Shown: positions 10,488-19,109, counted from the stretch's first letter. The stretch is 30,001 nucleotides of DNA from a virus (IMGVR_UViG_3300011335_000014:1-30001), one strand, 5' to 3'. Numbers and translations: made by a program. Notes: a model not told the origin generated them from the letters alone.

Positions 10488-11537
10488 TTAATCCTGACCC
10501 ATTTGATAGATAGCCAAGTCAGCCAACCCAGCAGGGCGGCTTTCTAAGTCGCCAGTAGCTCCACCTTTGGCACCAAACAACTTAGCGCCAGTCAATGCCG
10601 CGCCGCCAAGACCTGCGATCTGAGACACTGCTGAAGGAGGGGGTGCATACACATTGGACGACTGCTGAGTCAAAGGCAAACCGCGCAACATGTCGGACAT
10701 GAATCCCAACTGTTTGTATGGGTAGTTCTGAGCGTTTAAGAAGTCTTGATACTGATTGTTAAGAATGTTCTGCGTTTGTGCTTGCTGTTGCAAACCATAC
10801 TGATTCTGCGCAGCGTTGATGCCCATGTTCTGTTGGTATTGCATGCCGCCCAACTGACCTAGAGTATTTGCGCCAGACAGTGCTGTCTGCAAACCTTGAA
10901 GTCCAAGCCCCGCACCAAACTGCCCCTGCTGTGCGTTTAACTGGGCTGCGCCTTGATTGGCTGCTTGTTCAGCGTTGAACTGCCCCATGCCTTGCGTATA
11001 GGCGTTTTGCTGGCCTTGCGCCATGATGTCGCCCAATTGACGGTTCAAGTTGCCTCTAGCCTGACCACGCATCAAGTAGTCACCACTACCGCCGAAGGCT
11101 CCACTACGCGCTGCATTGGCTTGCTGGGCTTGTCCTGCAATAGCAGATTGCCGTATAGCGTCTTGTTGCTGGCGCTCCACCACGTTTTTCATGTAGGGCG
11201 ACATGTAGCTCTCAGCCATCTGAGGGCTTGTAAATGACTTAGCTTGGAAAGGGTTGTATGTGTAACCTGTATTAAGCGCGCCTAGACCGGCAGAACCCGC
11301 CATTGCCGTTGCATCTTGCAACTGAGGTTGGGTCTGCATCAACGCCATATTCTCATACGACTGTTGCATCATTGGCGTGAACTGCGCCACCCGATCCCCC
11401 ATGTACTGCATGTAGGGGTTTTGATTGATGTCGGTCAGACCTTGGGCGTTACCTAGCAGTTCCTCAACATACGGCTTAGCGTAGTCGGGAATCGACGTTG
11501 TCGTTTGCGTTATTTGTGAGAGTTGTGGATCAGCCAT
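10488..11537 (-). CDS. Putative internal virion/DNA pilot-type ejection protein, 349 aa
   Basis: Very Q/G/A-rich, with a GAFGGS motif and a C-terminal hydrophobic IAGLGGAALTGAKLFG. RBS AAGGA lies upstream. The position is typical of ejection proteins. Confidence 0.6.
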   Translation of the reverse strand: MADPQLSQITQTTTSIPDYAKPYVEELLGNAQGLTDINQNPYMQYMGDRVAQFTPMMQQSYENMALMQTQPQLQDATAMAGSAGLGALNTGYTYNPFQAKSFTSPQMAESYMSPYMKNVVERQQQDAIRQSAIAGQAQQANAARSGAFGGSGDYLMRGQARGNLNRQLGDIMAQGQQNAYTQGMGQFNAEQAANQGAAQLNAQQGQFGAGLGLQGLQTALSGANTLGQLGGMQYQQNMGINAAQNQYGLQQQAQTQNILNNQYQDFLNAQNYPYKQLGFMSDMLRGLPLTQQSSNVYAPPPSAVSQIAGLGGAALTGAKLFGAKGGATGDLESRPAGLADLAIYQMGQD

Positions 11538-11547
11538 GATCTATTCC

Positions 11548-14211
11548 TTAAGCGGGAAGATATTTGTCAGCGCGGGAGTTAGCCGCTACTTTGTTTTTGC
11601 CTGTGGTCTTGCCGCGTGCACGTTGCACACGATCCATCATGGCGTAGAGTTTCTTAGCGCCTGCATCTGTAGAGCCGTTGCCAAGTTCAGACACGATACG
11701 CGCAGGGATTACAAACTCGCCATCGGCAAGGCGTGCGGGTTGATTCTTAGCGCCAATGGTTGCAGGGATGCTATCAGACACGCCATCACCGGGGCCTTTG
11801 AGCAAACGACCACCATCAGAGTAAGAGCCAAGCGAGCCAAGCCCGCCACCCATGGCGTAGCCCATCATGCCGCCACCAGCAGCAATTTGTTTGCCGTTTA
11901 CGTCGTAGCGTTTGCCGTTGCCCGCTAAATACGTTCCGTCTTCTTGCAGCACGGCTGTGTAAGTTTCTGTGTTGTTTCCAGAAGAATCAACAATGTCGAT
12001 GGTTTTTGCCTTGGTTAACTCAGCGGCTTTTGCACCACCAGCTTTGGGCGCGTTGGGGTTTGTGCTGCTTTCGGTAACTGTTCCGTCCTTGCCTGCTGAC
12101 AAGAATCTAGGTTTGTACTTCATACCGGCAGACCAGTATGGGCGCATGATGCCTTCAGCGGTTGATGCCGCTTTACTTTGCACGGGGTATTTACCGCCGC
12201 CTTTACCCATGAGGTAGTCGTACGCAGCCAGCGAGTCGCCAGTCTGTTTGTTGTACAACTGCTCAAACTCAGCCATTGTTTTAGGCGCTTTGGGGATATA
12301 GCCAAGACTTCCGCCACCAGTGGTGTACGCATTACGTAAACTCTCCATGCCTGTAAAGCCGCCAACAGGAATGCCGGGAATAACAGGGGAAGTTGTGATT
12401 GTGCCGTTGGGGTTGACTGTTGCGCCACCACCAAAAATAGACGGGCCAGTTGTGCCTGATACGCCCACGGGAAGCGTAGTAGCAGCGGTCGTAGTTAAAC
12501 TTGTGGGTTGTGTAACTGTTGTAGTTGTAGTGTCTACTGCCGAAGTGTTTTTAACGCACTGTTGTGTTGCTTCGTCAAAGTGGTAGCCCGTTGCACATGT
12601 TTTATCAACTACTTTTGCAGTGTCTTTAACGCACGACTGGGTTGCCTCATCCCAGTGATATCCTGTTCCGCATGTTTTATCAACTGCTTTTTTGGCAGTA
12701 AACAGATTGCCAAAGTCCTTACCCGTAGCACCTTTAATGTCCGCTTGGTTAATTCCAAGACGATCCATCTCAGCAAGTGATAAGTTCTGTGCTTGCGCTA
12801 CAGTGAGCGCTCCAGAGTTAATCTTGTCTTGTAGACTGCCTGCAACTTGGTTAATGTTAGCGTACATGCCTGCTATGCCGCCTGTATCGCCTTTTAAATC
12901 ACCGGCTTGATACCCAAACGCTCCATATAAATTTTGTGCTGATGTAGGGGCTCCTACAATACCGGCAGCGTCATTCAATTGATGTGTAGCGGCATACTGC
13001 GCTGCTTGAGACATACCCGCATTTTTCATAGCGTTTGCCAACGCTTGATCTGTTAAACCTACGTCAGCAGTCTTTGCTAAAAAGTCAGAAGAACTTAAAG
13101 TAGCTGGGTTAATTGCTTGTACAAAACGTTTCTCAAAATCGCCTTGATTAGCTTGCGTGCCTGTAATACGGCCAATGTCAGCAGCGCCTACATTGTACTT
13201 CTGCATATCTGCAGCGATCTGTGCATCAAGTGCGCCAGAAGCTAACTTAGACTGGTCAAGCCCTTTGAAATAATTAAACACATCTTGGTCGCCAACAAGC
13301 ATGCCGTTAGCGTATCCGGGCACACCACCGTTAGCCAAAGCCACGATGCCGCCATCAGCAAAACCTAAAGGAGCACGGGGCTGTAGCGTGTCCATCTGCC
13401 CTGTTTGGGGGTTTGTGTAAGCGTCAGAAAAGTTGCGACTACCAAACTCGCTGGCTTTGACCGGCGCTAAAGACTTGTACGTCTGTGTGTAGGGATCGTA
13501 TAACTTCTGACGAATGTATGCTGGGTTGGTATTCTCCGGCATCTTGGTTGTCGTCGGAACCATAGCGCCTGCCATGATTGGGGCTGCGGCTGCGCCTAAA
13601 TATTTAAAATTATCTTTGGCAAACTGAAGGGGGTCGTTTGCAACGGCTTTCAAACCGGCACTAGTCATATCAGCACCGGACATTGTGGCTGGATTAGCGC
13701 CGCTCTTGAGAAATTCATTAAAGGCTTGGCCAGACGAGCCCTGTGCAGCTGCAACATCACCAAATACTTGAGGGCCTGTGCCCGTGGCAGAACCGGCTAA
13801 AGCTTCAGACAAACCAGCGCCTGTGCCAGCGTTGGCCAAACCTTCAGCCAAGCCCGCTCCACCATACGCACCCAATCCGGCCATGAGACCGCGAGACAAA
13901 CTACCAGTAGCCAAGGTAGTCAGGCCGCCTGTAACTAAACCAGCCGTGCCAGCGCTCAAACCCAGACCGGCAATACCAAAAGCTCCGGGGCCTAAGAACG
14001 CGCCAAGAGCAATAGGGGCAACCGCCTTAAACAAGTCCGACAGCATGCCTGCTTCGGGTAAACCCGTAGTAGGGTTGATGGTCAATGAACGGCCATTTGC
14101 TTGGGCAAAAGACTGTAGGCGCTGGACTTCGTCCGGCGTCATGTGAATCAGTAAAGAATCATCGCCACGGCCTTGCTTGGCAACCATGTCGGCAAATTTA
14201 TGTAGGCTCAT
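11548..14211 (-). CDS. Putative internal virion protein, 887 aa
   Basis: N-terminal GRGDDSLLIHMTPDEV..LTINPTTGLPEA domain, then Gly-rich hydrophobic stretches and a low-complexity middle. The C-terminal domain reads DGGRLLKGPGDGVSDSIPA..RLADGEFVIPA. RBS GAGAGG lies upstream. Confidence 0.65.
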   Translation of the reverse strand: MSLHKFADMVAKQGRGDDSLLIHMTPDEVQRLQSFAQANGRSLTINPTTGLPEAGMLSDLFKAVAPIALGAFLGPGAFGIAGLGLSAGTAGLVTGGLTTLATGSLSRGLMAGLGAYGGAGLAEGLANAGTGAGLSEALAGSATGTGPQVFGDVAAAQGSSGQAFNEFLKSGANPATMSGADMTSAGLKAVANDPLQFAKDNFKYLGAAAAPIMAGAMVPTTTKMPENTNPAYIRQKLYDPYTQTYKSLAPVKASEFGSRNFSDAYTNPQTGQMDTLQPRAPLGFADGGIVALANGGVPGYANGMLVGDQDVFNYFKGLDQSKLASGALDAQIAADMQKYNVGAADIGRITGTQANQGDFEKRFVQAINPATLSSSDFLAKTADVGLTDQALANAMKNAGMSQAAQYAATHQLNDAAGIVGAPTSAQNLYGAFGYQAGDLKGDTGGIAGMYANINQVAGSLQDKINSGALTVAQAQNLSLAEMDRLGINQADIKGATGKDFGNLFTAKKAVDKTCGTGYHWDEATQSCVKDTAKVVDKTCATGYHFDEATQQCVKNTSAVDTTTTTVTQPTSLTTTAATTLPVGVSGTTGPSIFGGGATVNPNGTITTSPVIPGIPVGGFTGMESLRNAYTTGGGSLGYIPKAPKTMAEFEQLYNKQTGDSLAAYDYLMGKGGGKYPVQSKAASTAEGIMRPYWSAGMKYKPRFLSAGKDGTVTESSTNPNAPKAGGAKAAELTKAKTIDIVDSSGNNTETYTAVLQEDGTYLAGNGKRYDVNGKQIAAGGGMMGYAMGGGLGSLGSYSDGGRLLKGPGDGVSDSIPATIGAKNQPARLADGEFVIPARIVSELGNGSTDAGAKKLYAMMDRVQRARGKTTGKNKVAANSRADKYLPA
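12545..12685. repeat. Two-copy 75-bp tandem repeat encoding a 25-aa Cys-pair module
   Basis: VDKTCGTGYHWDEATQSCVKDTAKV and VDKTCATGYHFDEATQQCVKNT. The DNA copies start at 12545 and 12620. Confidence 0.9.
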
Positions 14212-14239
14212 TTTTGCCTCTCAAAATGGGGGTTGTTTG

Positions 14240-14268
14240 ATAATATCATGCTGGGAGCGCGGACACAA
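14240..14268 (-). promoter_or_regulatory. Putative sigma70-type promoter for the internal-virion gene block
   Basis: TTGTGT (14268-14263), a 17-nt spacer, then TATTAT (14245-14240) with an extended -10 TG (TG-A-TATTAT), about 30 nt upstream of ATG 14211. Confidence 0.55.
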
Positions 14269-15118
14269 ATGAAAGTGTAGCTACGACGGAAGCAGTTGAC
14301 GGTTTAGTGGGTAAAGGTGTGGCAATGTAGTTCGGAATGGTTACGTCTATTCCGTCTGTAGACCACCACACTTCCACATAATCACCCGCGTTCATAGATA
14401 GAAAATAGTTCCAACCCTTGATGTCATGTGATGGGTTGTTGACGGCCTTGCGCTGCGGCATCCCTACTTTACCGGTAGAACCAATGATGTCTGTGCCGTT
14501 TTGCTTTAACCAAAGATAGACATCTTGCGGTGCGTTATCTCCGTTTTCAAGTTGAACGCTAAACTGCATGTTGTAAATACCGGCATTTGCCACCGTCATT
14601 CGGGTCGTGCCCGTCAGCGATACTTCATTTGAAAAATCGGTTGTATTAAAAAATAAAGCGTAAGCAGTGGCTGGCGCTAAAGCAATTTGTTTACCCTCGA
14701 CAGACGCTCCAGACAAATGCGCCGCCGCAGTCGTTGCCAAAGCTCCTCGCACGCAACCCGTAAATGATGTGGGCGTTGTGCCTGTGTACGTTATGGTTTC
14801 GTTACCAATATAAAAGGCTTTAGGTGCTGCAACCGAGGCAGTTGGGAAAGACGCTGTAGACACCACGGGAATAGTGGTAACTGCGTTATTGATGTTGGCC
14901 GTCAAAGATGTTTGTGAGAAACAAGAAAACGCGCCGTACGGAAACCCAATATATCTACCCCCAGTTCGGCCAAACAATTCGGCAAACGCATTTTGCAGTT
15001 GGTTAAAGTACAGGCGTAAAACGTTGGTAAACTGGTCTTGGTACCGGCGTTCGTATTGATCCGTACCCAGTGGTAAATTGGGTGGGGCAGGGGTAATAAT
15101 CTGGTTTTTGGTTGCCAT
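14246..15118 (-). CDS. Structural/tail-associated protein (290 aa) with an inserted beta module and a beta-sandwich-like C-terminus
   Basis: ATG 15118 overlaps the upstream TGA (TGATG). N-terminal PPNLPL..YQDQFTNVLRLYFNQL helix. The C-terminal AGIYNMQFSVQL..WLKQNG..MNAGDYVEVWW is reminiscent of C1q/BclA-like jelly rolls. Confidence 0.6.
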   Translation of the reverse strand: MATKNQIITPAPPNLPLGTDQYERRYQDQFTNVLRLYFNQLQNAFAELFGRTGGRYIGFPYGAFSCFSQTSLTANINNAVTTIPVVSTASFPTASVAAPKAFYIGNETITYTGTTPTSFTGCVRGALATTAAAHLSGASVEGKQIALAPATAYALFFNTTDFSNEVSLTGTTRMTVANAGIYNMQFSVQLENGDNAPQDVYLWLKQNGTDIIGSTGKVGMPQRKAVNNPSHDIKGWNYFLSMNAGDYVEVWWSTDGIDVTIPNYIATPLPTKPSTASVVATLSFVSALPA

Positions 15119-15738
15119 CAGCAAGTACCCCAGTGGAGGCGCTCAAGTTCTTTACGGGCTGCTGCGGCATCTTCTATGGACTTACAAACTTTGGAATAGT
15201 ATTTTTTCTTCTGCACAGTTATCGCCGCGTAATAATAACCACTATGGAATAAAACACCCGTAACACCTGTCTTGCTTGTTTTTGGTACCCGAATGTTTCT
15301 AGCTTGTACTGTTGGTGTTGTCCAACGCACGTTATTAGGTTCGTAATTCCCGGTTGTGTCAATACGGTCAAATGTTTTAGCGCCCGACGGCTCGCCAACT
15401 TCTTTTGCAAAAGTAGCGTAATCATGCCAAGGAGCGTGAACTATGACCCCCCTACCACCCCATCTTGGATAGTCTTTGTCTTTGGGGTTGTAGCAACGTC
15501 GCATCATTGCTCGCCACGTATTGTATGAAGATTTATTCCAGCCACCATGTTTAAAATTAGGAACAATGCACCCGCAAGAGGTGGTATTCCCTGTTACTAA
15601 ACTTCCAGAAACAACCACTGTCTCACTACCACAGGCACACTTGCAACGCCACAACACCTTTTTTAACTTGTCACGTCCAGCCTGCTCAAGCACCGTCAGC
15701 TTACCAAAAATTTGCCCTGTTCTGTCTACGAATTTCAT
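15118..15738 (-). CDS. Free-standing HNH-family homing endonuclease with C-terminal AP2-like DNA-binding domain (206 aa)
   Basis: Start is ATG 15738 after AAGGAG. Motifs: GQIFGKLTV..WRCKCACG..SCGC, WRAMMRRC..YPRWGGRG, DRIDTTGNYEPNNVRW..QARN, and AP2-like KTGVTGV..YYAAI..SIEDAAAARKELE. It is more AT-rich than its flanks and sits between two tail genes. Confidence 0.85.
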   Translation of the reverse strand: MKFVDRTGQIFGKLTVLEQAGRDKLKKVLWRCKCACGSETVVVSGSLVTGNTTSCGCIVPNFKHGGWNKSSYNTWRAMMRRCYNPKDKDYPRWGGRGVIVHAPWHDYATFAKEVGEPSGAKTFDRIDTTGNYEPNNVRWTTPTVQARNIRVPKTSKTGVTGVLFHSGYYYAAITVQKKKYYSKVCKSIEDAAAARKELERLHWGTC

Positions 15739-15740
15739 CG

Positions 15741-15765
15741 CAAGCTCCTTAAATAAAAGAGCTTG
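15741..15765 (-). promoter_or_regulatory. Hairpin sequestering the Shine-Dalgarno sequence of the homing endonuclease
   Basis: RNA CAAGCUCUUU-UAUUU-AAGGAGCUUG forms a 10-bp stem with one G-U pair. AAGGAG is fully paired and the AUG follows 2 nt after the stem. Confidence 0.7.
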
Positions 15766-15799
15766 TAGTATACACAATCTTTTGTGATCCGTATACATA

Positions 15800-17908
15800 T
15801 CACCTACGTCCATCAGGACGAATGTCTATACGCGGTGCCCCCAACTGCCAGCAAGTGTTGATCTGGTTAGAGCTAATCTTGAAGATCATCTGACGACCAC
15901 GCAAACGTGTAAATATCATGCCTGTAAACTCTTCAGTAATATAGTACGCCGAAGATTTACGAACAGGCTGAGCAGCATCGCTTGTAACCCCCGAGCCGGA
16001 ATTGGCTAAGCCATAAAGCTCCATGGTCACAGTAGGCTGCACACCTGTCGGAGAAGTTGTGGCGCTCTCAAAAGTCAGATCAGGAAGGACGCGCCACACA
16101 AAACCAAAATTGTGTCCATCGCCAATGTCAAACTCTGAGGAAGAAATGTAGGCATTGATTGCAGTAGCTGTGCCGGTCGTGTTGTCATTTAGACCCGTTT
16201 CGTGGTTAATTAAGTTGCCTGTAAGCGTGGCTGTGGTGTAGTTTGCCGCAATAGGAACCGTCTGTAAGCCAGAGTCAAGCCAAGCAGTTCGAGACATGGT
16301 GCCGTAGTACCAGATTTTTTCAAGGTAGTTATAGATAACATACCTGTCGATGGCCGTACTATTAGCTGAGCAGTAGAACCACCAGACCTCATTGAAGCCT
16401 TCGTTTGTACCGGAGAATACTTGCAAGTCCTGTTCTTGGTTAAGGTCACTGAATACAAAGCGGCGCAAGTCGCAGTTAAGTGTTTGTACGCGACCATCAT
16501 AGGAGTAGAACTTGTCCACGCCCATCCAGTACACAATACCCGAAGCAATCACCGCCGCGTTAGGACTCATGATTGAGATGTTGTCGCCAAGCAGTTGCGG
16601 TGCCCATACGTAAGGAGGGCCAAGGTACTGGAGCGAATACACAGCCGAGTCAGTAAACATCACAACCTCTTGGCGGGTCTGAACAACTGCAACAATCTCT
16701 GAGCCGTGAGACACCCGTACAAAACCTGCTTGGTTAGTGGGGTCAGGCGTCCAGTTGTAGATGTCGTCTTGCGCTGACCAGCGAATCAGCATAGGGTCAA
16801 GCACGCTTGAGCCGTAGTCGTTACAGCCAAAAGCAATTACAAACCGAGATGTGTCAGAAACGGTCATGCTGTTCTGAACAGTTGGCACATCCACAATCAA
16901 AGACACATACACCCCGGTGCCCGTGGAGGAAGTATTTACCGCATTGCCTGCGCTGTCTAAAAGTTTAAACGTCAAGCCATTTACTTCAAACACGTAATAT
17001 GTAGTTGCCGCAGAGATGCCCGTGGGTAGGGACGTAGTAGCAGCAAACTGGAGGGCCGCGCCCTCGGTATAAAGTATGGTGGAGGTCACCACAGTTGGTG
17101 AAGCGCTGGTAAACGCTACATTGCCACCCAAAGAATTCAGCAGTACACCACGAGTGTTAACGCCGTTGTTGGCTGTCCAATAGTAAATAGGGCCACCACG
17201 GGGGCCGTACACTAAATCTTGGCCGTAGTTAATTTGGTTCCACAAACGCAGTGATGATGTGGATGTAAGGCCGTAACCCCATGTACCAATCGTGCCGCCA
17301 GCAGGGGGAGGACTACCCCAAGTACCAGCGCCCCAACCCACAAGAGGAACAGGAATAGCTGGGCCAACGTTAATTTGATACGTGCCTACAACAGCGGCAC
17401 CACCTGTAGCGCCAGCCGCAACCACCGTTGGAGAGGTGGAAATTGTGTATGTGTTGGCTGTTAGAACAGTAACTTGAAACTGCGCATTAAGGGTAGTAGC
17501 GTATGTGCCTGTAGCCCCGGAGAAGGTGACAAAGTCGCCTGTTACGCAGCCGTGATTTGTATCTGTAACAGTTACAGTAGTAGTGCCGTTGCCTACAAAA
17601 GTTACATCGCCAGCCGCAGTAGTCAACCGAATGGGCGTGATGTCGTAGTAAACACCGCCTTGGTTAATGTAAAACTTAAGGTTCGTACCAACACCAATAA
17701 GGTTATCGCCACCAAGCGTTACCCAATTCCACAACGAGCGACATACGCCTTGGAACGAAGCCGCAGACAGCGGCTCCCAGCCGCCAAGAACTTCGGGGTT
17801 GCCTTGACGAAAACGGATTTTGTCGCCTTCATACCAACCGCCCTCGGTTGTGTATCGCGTGTTCTCCCGGTTGACGCCCGGCTTAAACAGAACTTTTTGT
17901 AATGGCAT
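15800..17908 (-). CDS. Tail nozzle / P22 gp10-like (tail tubular protein B-type) beta-propeller protein, 702 aa
   Basis: Size and beta-rich, Trp-rich character (IRWSAQDD, YWMGVDKFYSYDG, NEVWWFY, WYYGTMSRTAW) fit this class, as does the C-terminal RLRGRQM..WQLGAPRIDIRPDGRR. It lies upstream of the ejection genes. Confidence 0.65.
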   Translation of the reverse strand: MPLQKVLFKPGVNRENTRYTTEGGWYEGDKIRFRQGNPEVLGGWEPLSAASFQGVCRSLWNWVTLGGDNLIGVGTNLKFYINQGGVYYDITPIRLTTAAGDVTFVGNGTTTVTVTDTNHGCVTGDFVTFSGATGTYATTLNAQFQVTVLTANTYTISTSPTVVAAGATGGAAVVGTYQINVGPAIPVPLVGWGAGTWGSPPPAGGTIGTWGYGLTSTSSLRLWNQINYGQDLVYGPRGGPIYYWTANNGVNTRGVLLNSLGGNVAFTSASPTVVTSTILYTEGAALQFAATTSLPTGISAATTYYVFEVNGLTFKLLDSAGNAVNTSSTGTGVYVSLIVDVPTVQNSMTVSDTSRFVIAFGCNDYGSSVLDPMLIRWSAQDDIYNWTPDPTNQAGFVRVSHGSEIVAVVQTRQEVVMFTDSAVYSLQYLGPPYVWAPQLLGDNISIMSPNAAVIASGIVYWMGVDKFYSYDGRVQTLNCDLRRFVFSDLNQEQDLQVFSGTNEGFNEVWWFYCSANSTAIDRYVIYNYLEKIWYYGTMSRTAWLDSGLQTVPIAANYTTATLTGNLINHETGLNDNTTGTATAINAYISSSEFDIGDGHNFGFVWRVLPDLTFESATTSPTGVQPTVTMELYGLANSGSGVTSDAAQPVRKSSAYYITEEFTGMIFTRLRGRQMIFKISSNQINTCWQLGAPRIDIRPDGRR

Positions 17909-17911
17909 CGG

Positions 17912-18355
17912 TCAATCCAGTAGGGCGCACTCAGCAGTGCGGCGTTTTAACAAGCCCGGCAAAACCTTGCCGCCACCTTTAGTCCAGAGCATCAGTTGTT
18001 CCTTGGCCCCTTCCCAATCATTGGCATTGATTTTCCTCTTTAACGTAGATGTTTGCAAGCGTCCAGTGCCCAAGTTATAGCAGAAATCTACGATGGCATT
18101 GCACTTGCGCTCGTCAGTAATCAGCCCCGGACAGTTACGCAAAACACCGGGTAGGTACGTATGCTCAAGCTCAATCATTAAAAGCGCCCTAGCCGTGGGT
18201 TCATCCATGGGAGCGTCTTCCAAAGTTACCTTGCGTTTATCTGCGTAGTAGGTAGAACCATAGCCGATGGTAGCTACGCCAGCCGGACACAGGTACGGCT
18301 TAGACCGAAAGCCTTCAAACTGACGGCACAGGGCTGAGGCAAGCTCTAAGTTCAT
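17912..18355 (-). CDS. Endolysin, GH24 phage lysozyme (147 aa)
   Basis: FEGFRSKPYLCPAGVATIGYG (E-x8-C-x5-T), AIVDFCYNLG, STLKRKINA and W..GGGKVLPGLLKRRTAE. Confidence 0.93.
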   Translation of the reverse strand: MNLELASALCRQFEGFRSKPYLCPAGVATIGYGSTYYADKRKVTLEDAPMDEPTARALLMIELEHTYLPGVLRNCPGLITDERKCNAIVDFCYNLGTGRLQTSTLKRKINANDWEGAKEQLMLWTKGGGKVLPGLLKRRTAECALLD

Positions 18356-18846
18356 AGCCCACGCTGCTTCAATGTACGGTCGAGGAACCAGTAATTTATG
18401 GTGCCAGACACCAGAGCGCAGAAGTCCACAGTCATCATGGTCTTAAACACTACTTCAGGAGATGCACCTGCGCGATAAGCTTGCCAAGCAAACCAGACAT
18501 GGATGAACGACCACAAGGCCATGATCCAGTAAGTCACCACAGGACGCACGGATGCGGACAGACTAGCCGCCCAACCACCCGCAGCTTTGACCATCTCGGC
18601 CTGCTGATTGATTGCAGCGTTAAAGGCATCCATGACCCCTACGTCCACAGCGGCTTCGCGCTGGGCACCGATCTCGGCTAGGCGTTGCTGACCACGCAGT
18701 TGTTCCAGTTCACACTGGCGGCTGAACATAAGAAGCTCATGCGCACGCTCGTTCTTCTTGTCAAAGTATTTCAGGATTTCAGGAGCAAGGCGGAAGATGC
18801 CACCCAGCAAGCCCCCGAACACACCACCACTTACAATTTCAAACAT
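18352..18846 (-). CDS. Putative holin (3TM-holin-like), 164 aa
   Basis: Hydrophobic N-terminus, a coiled segment, a W..SLSASVRPVVTY motif, two further hydrophobic helices and YWFLDRTLKQR. It overlaps the lysozyme start (ATGA). Confidence 0.6.
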   Translation of the reverse strand: MFEIVSGGVFGGLLGGIFRLAPEILKYFDKKNERAHELLMFSRQCELEQLRGQQRLAEIGAQREAAVDVGVMDAFNAAINQQAEMVKAAGGWAASLSASVRPVVTYWIMALWSFIHVWFAWQAYRAGASPEVVFKTMMTVDFCALVSGTINYWFLDRTLKQRGL

Positions 18847-18848
18847 GG

Positions 18849-19109
18849 TTATTCTCCACAGTGTTTACATCTGTGATGGCTATCGCCGTGTGAAAGCTTG
18901 ACCCCCGCTAAGAGACCAATAAAGCCACCGATGATGGTTTGAAACGCTGGGTGGAGCATGGCGAAGATTTCTGCATTGTCCACTTCCTTGGCCCACAGAC
19001 CGAGCAGAAACGCAACCACCATACCCAGCACCGACAGGCAAAGCGTGGAAGCTACCATCAAGGTAACAGAGTACGTCAATTTACCAACGACATCTGGGTT
19101 CTGTTCCAT
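18849..19109 (-). CDS. Small two-TM membrane protein (86 aa), possibly lysis-related
   Basis: Two hydrophobic helices and a C-terminal HHRCKHC. TGATG coupling with the upstream gene. Confidence 0.6.
   Translation of the reverse strand: MEQNPDVVGKLTYSVTLMVASTLCLSVLGMVVAFLLGLWAKEVDNAEIFAMLHPAFQTIIGGFIGLLAGVKLSHGDSHHRCKHCGE

Noticed and set aside
12545-12685. CRISPR-like or DGR repeat
   Set aside because: There are only two in-frame coding copies with non-adenine-specific differences, no spacers, and no reverse transcriptase or cas gene in the window.
379-14146. Many plus-strand ORFs (for example 802-1410, 5861-6505, 8692-9159)
   Set aside because: They are antisense shadows of long minus-strand genes, with no RBS or recognisable motifs.
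15118-15800. Group I intron or intein around the HNH gene
   Set aside because: The flanking genes appear complete with their own stop and start codons, and there is no room for an intron core.
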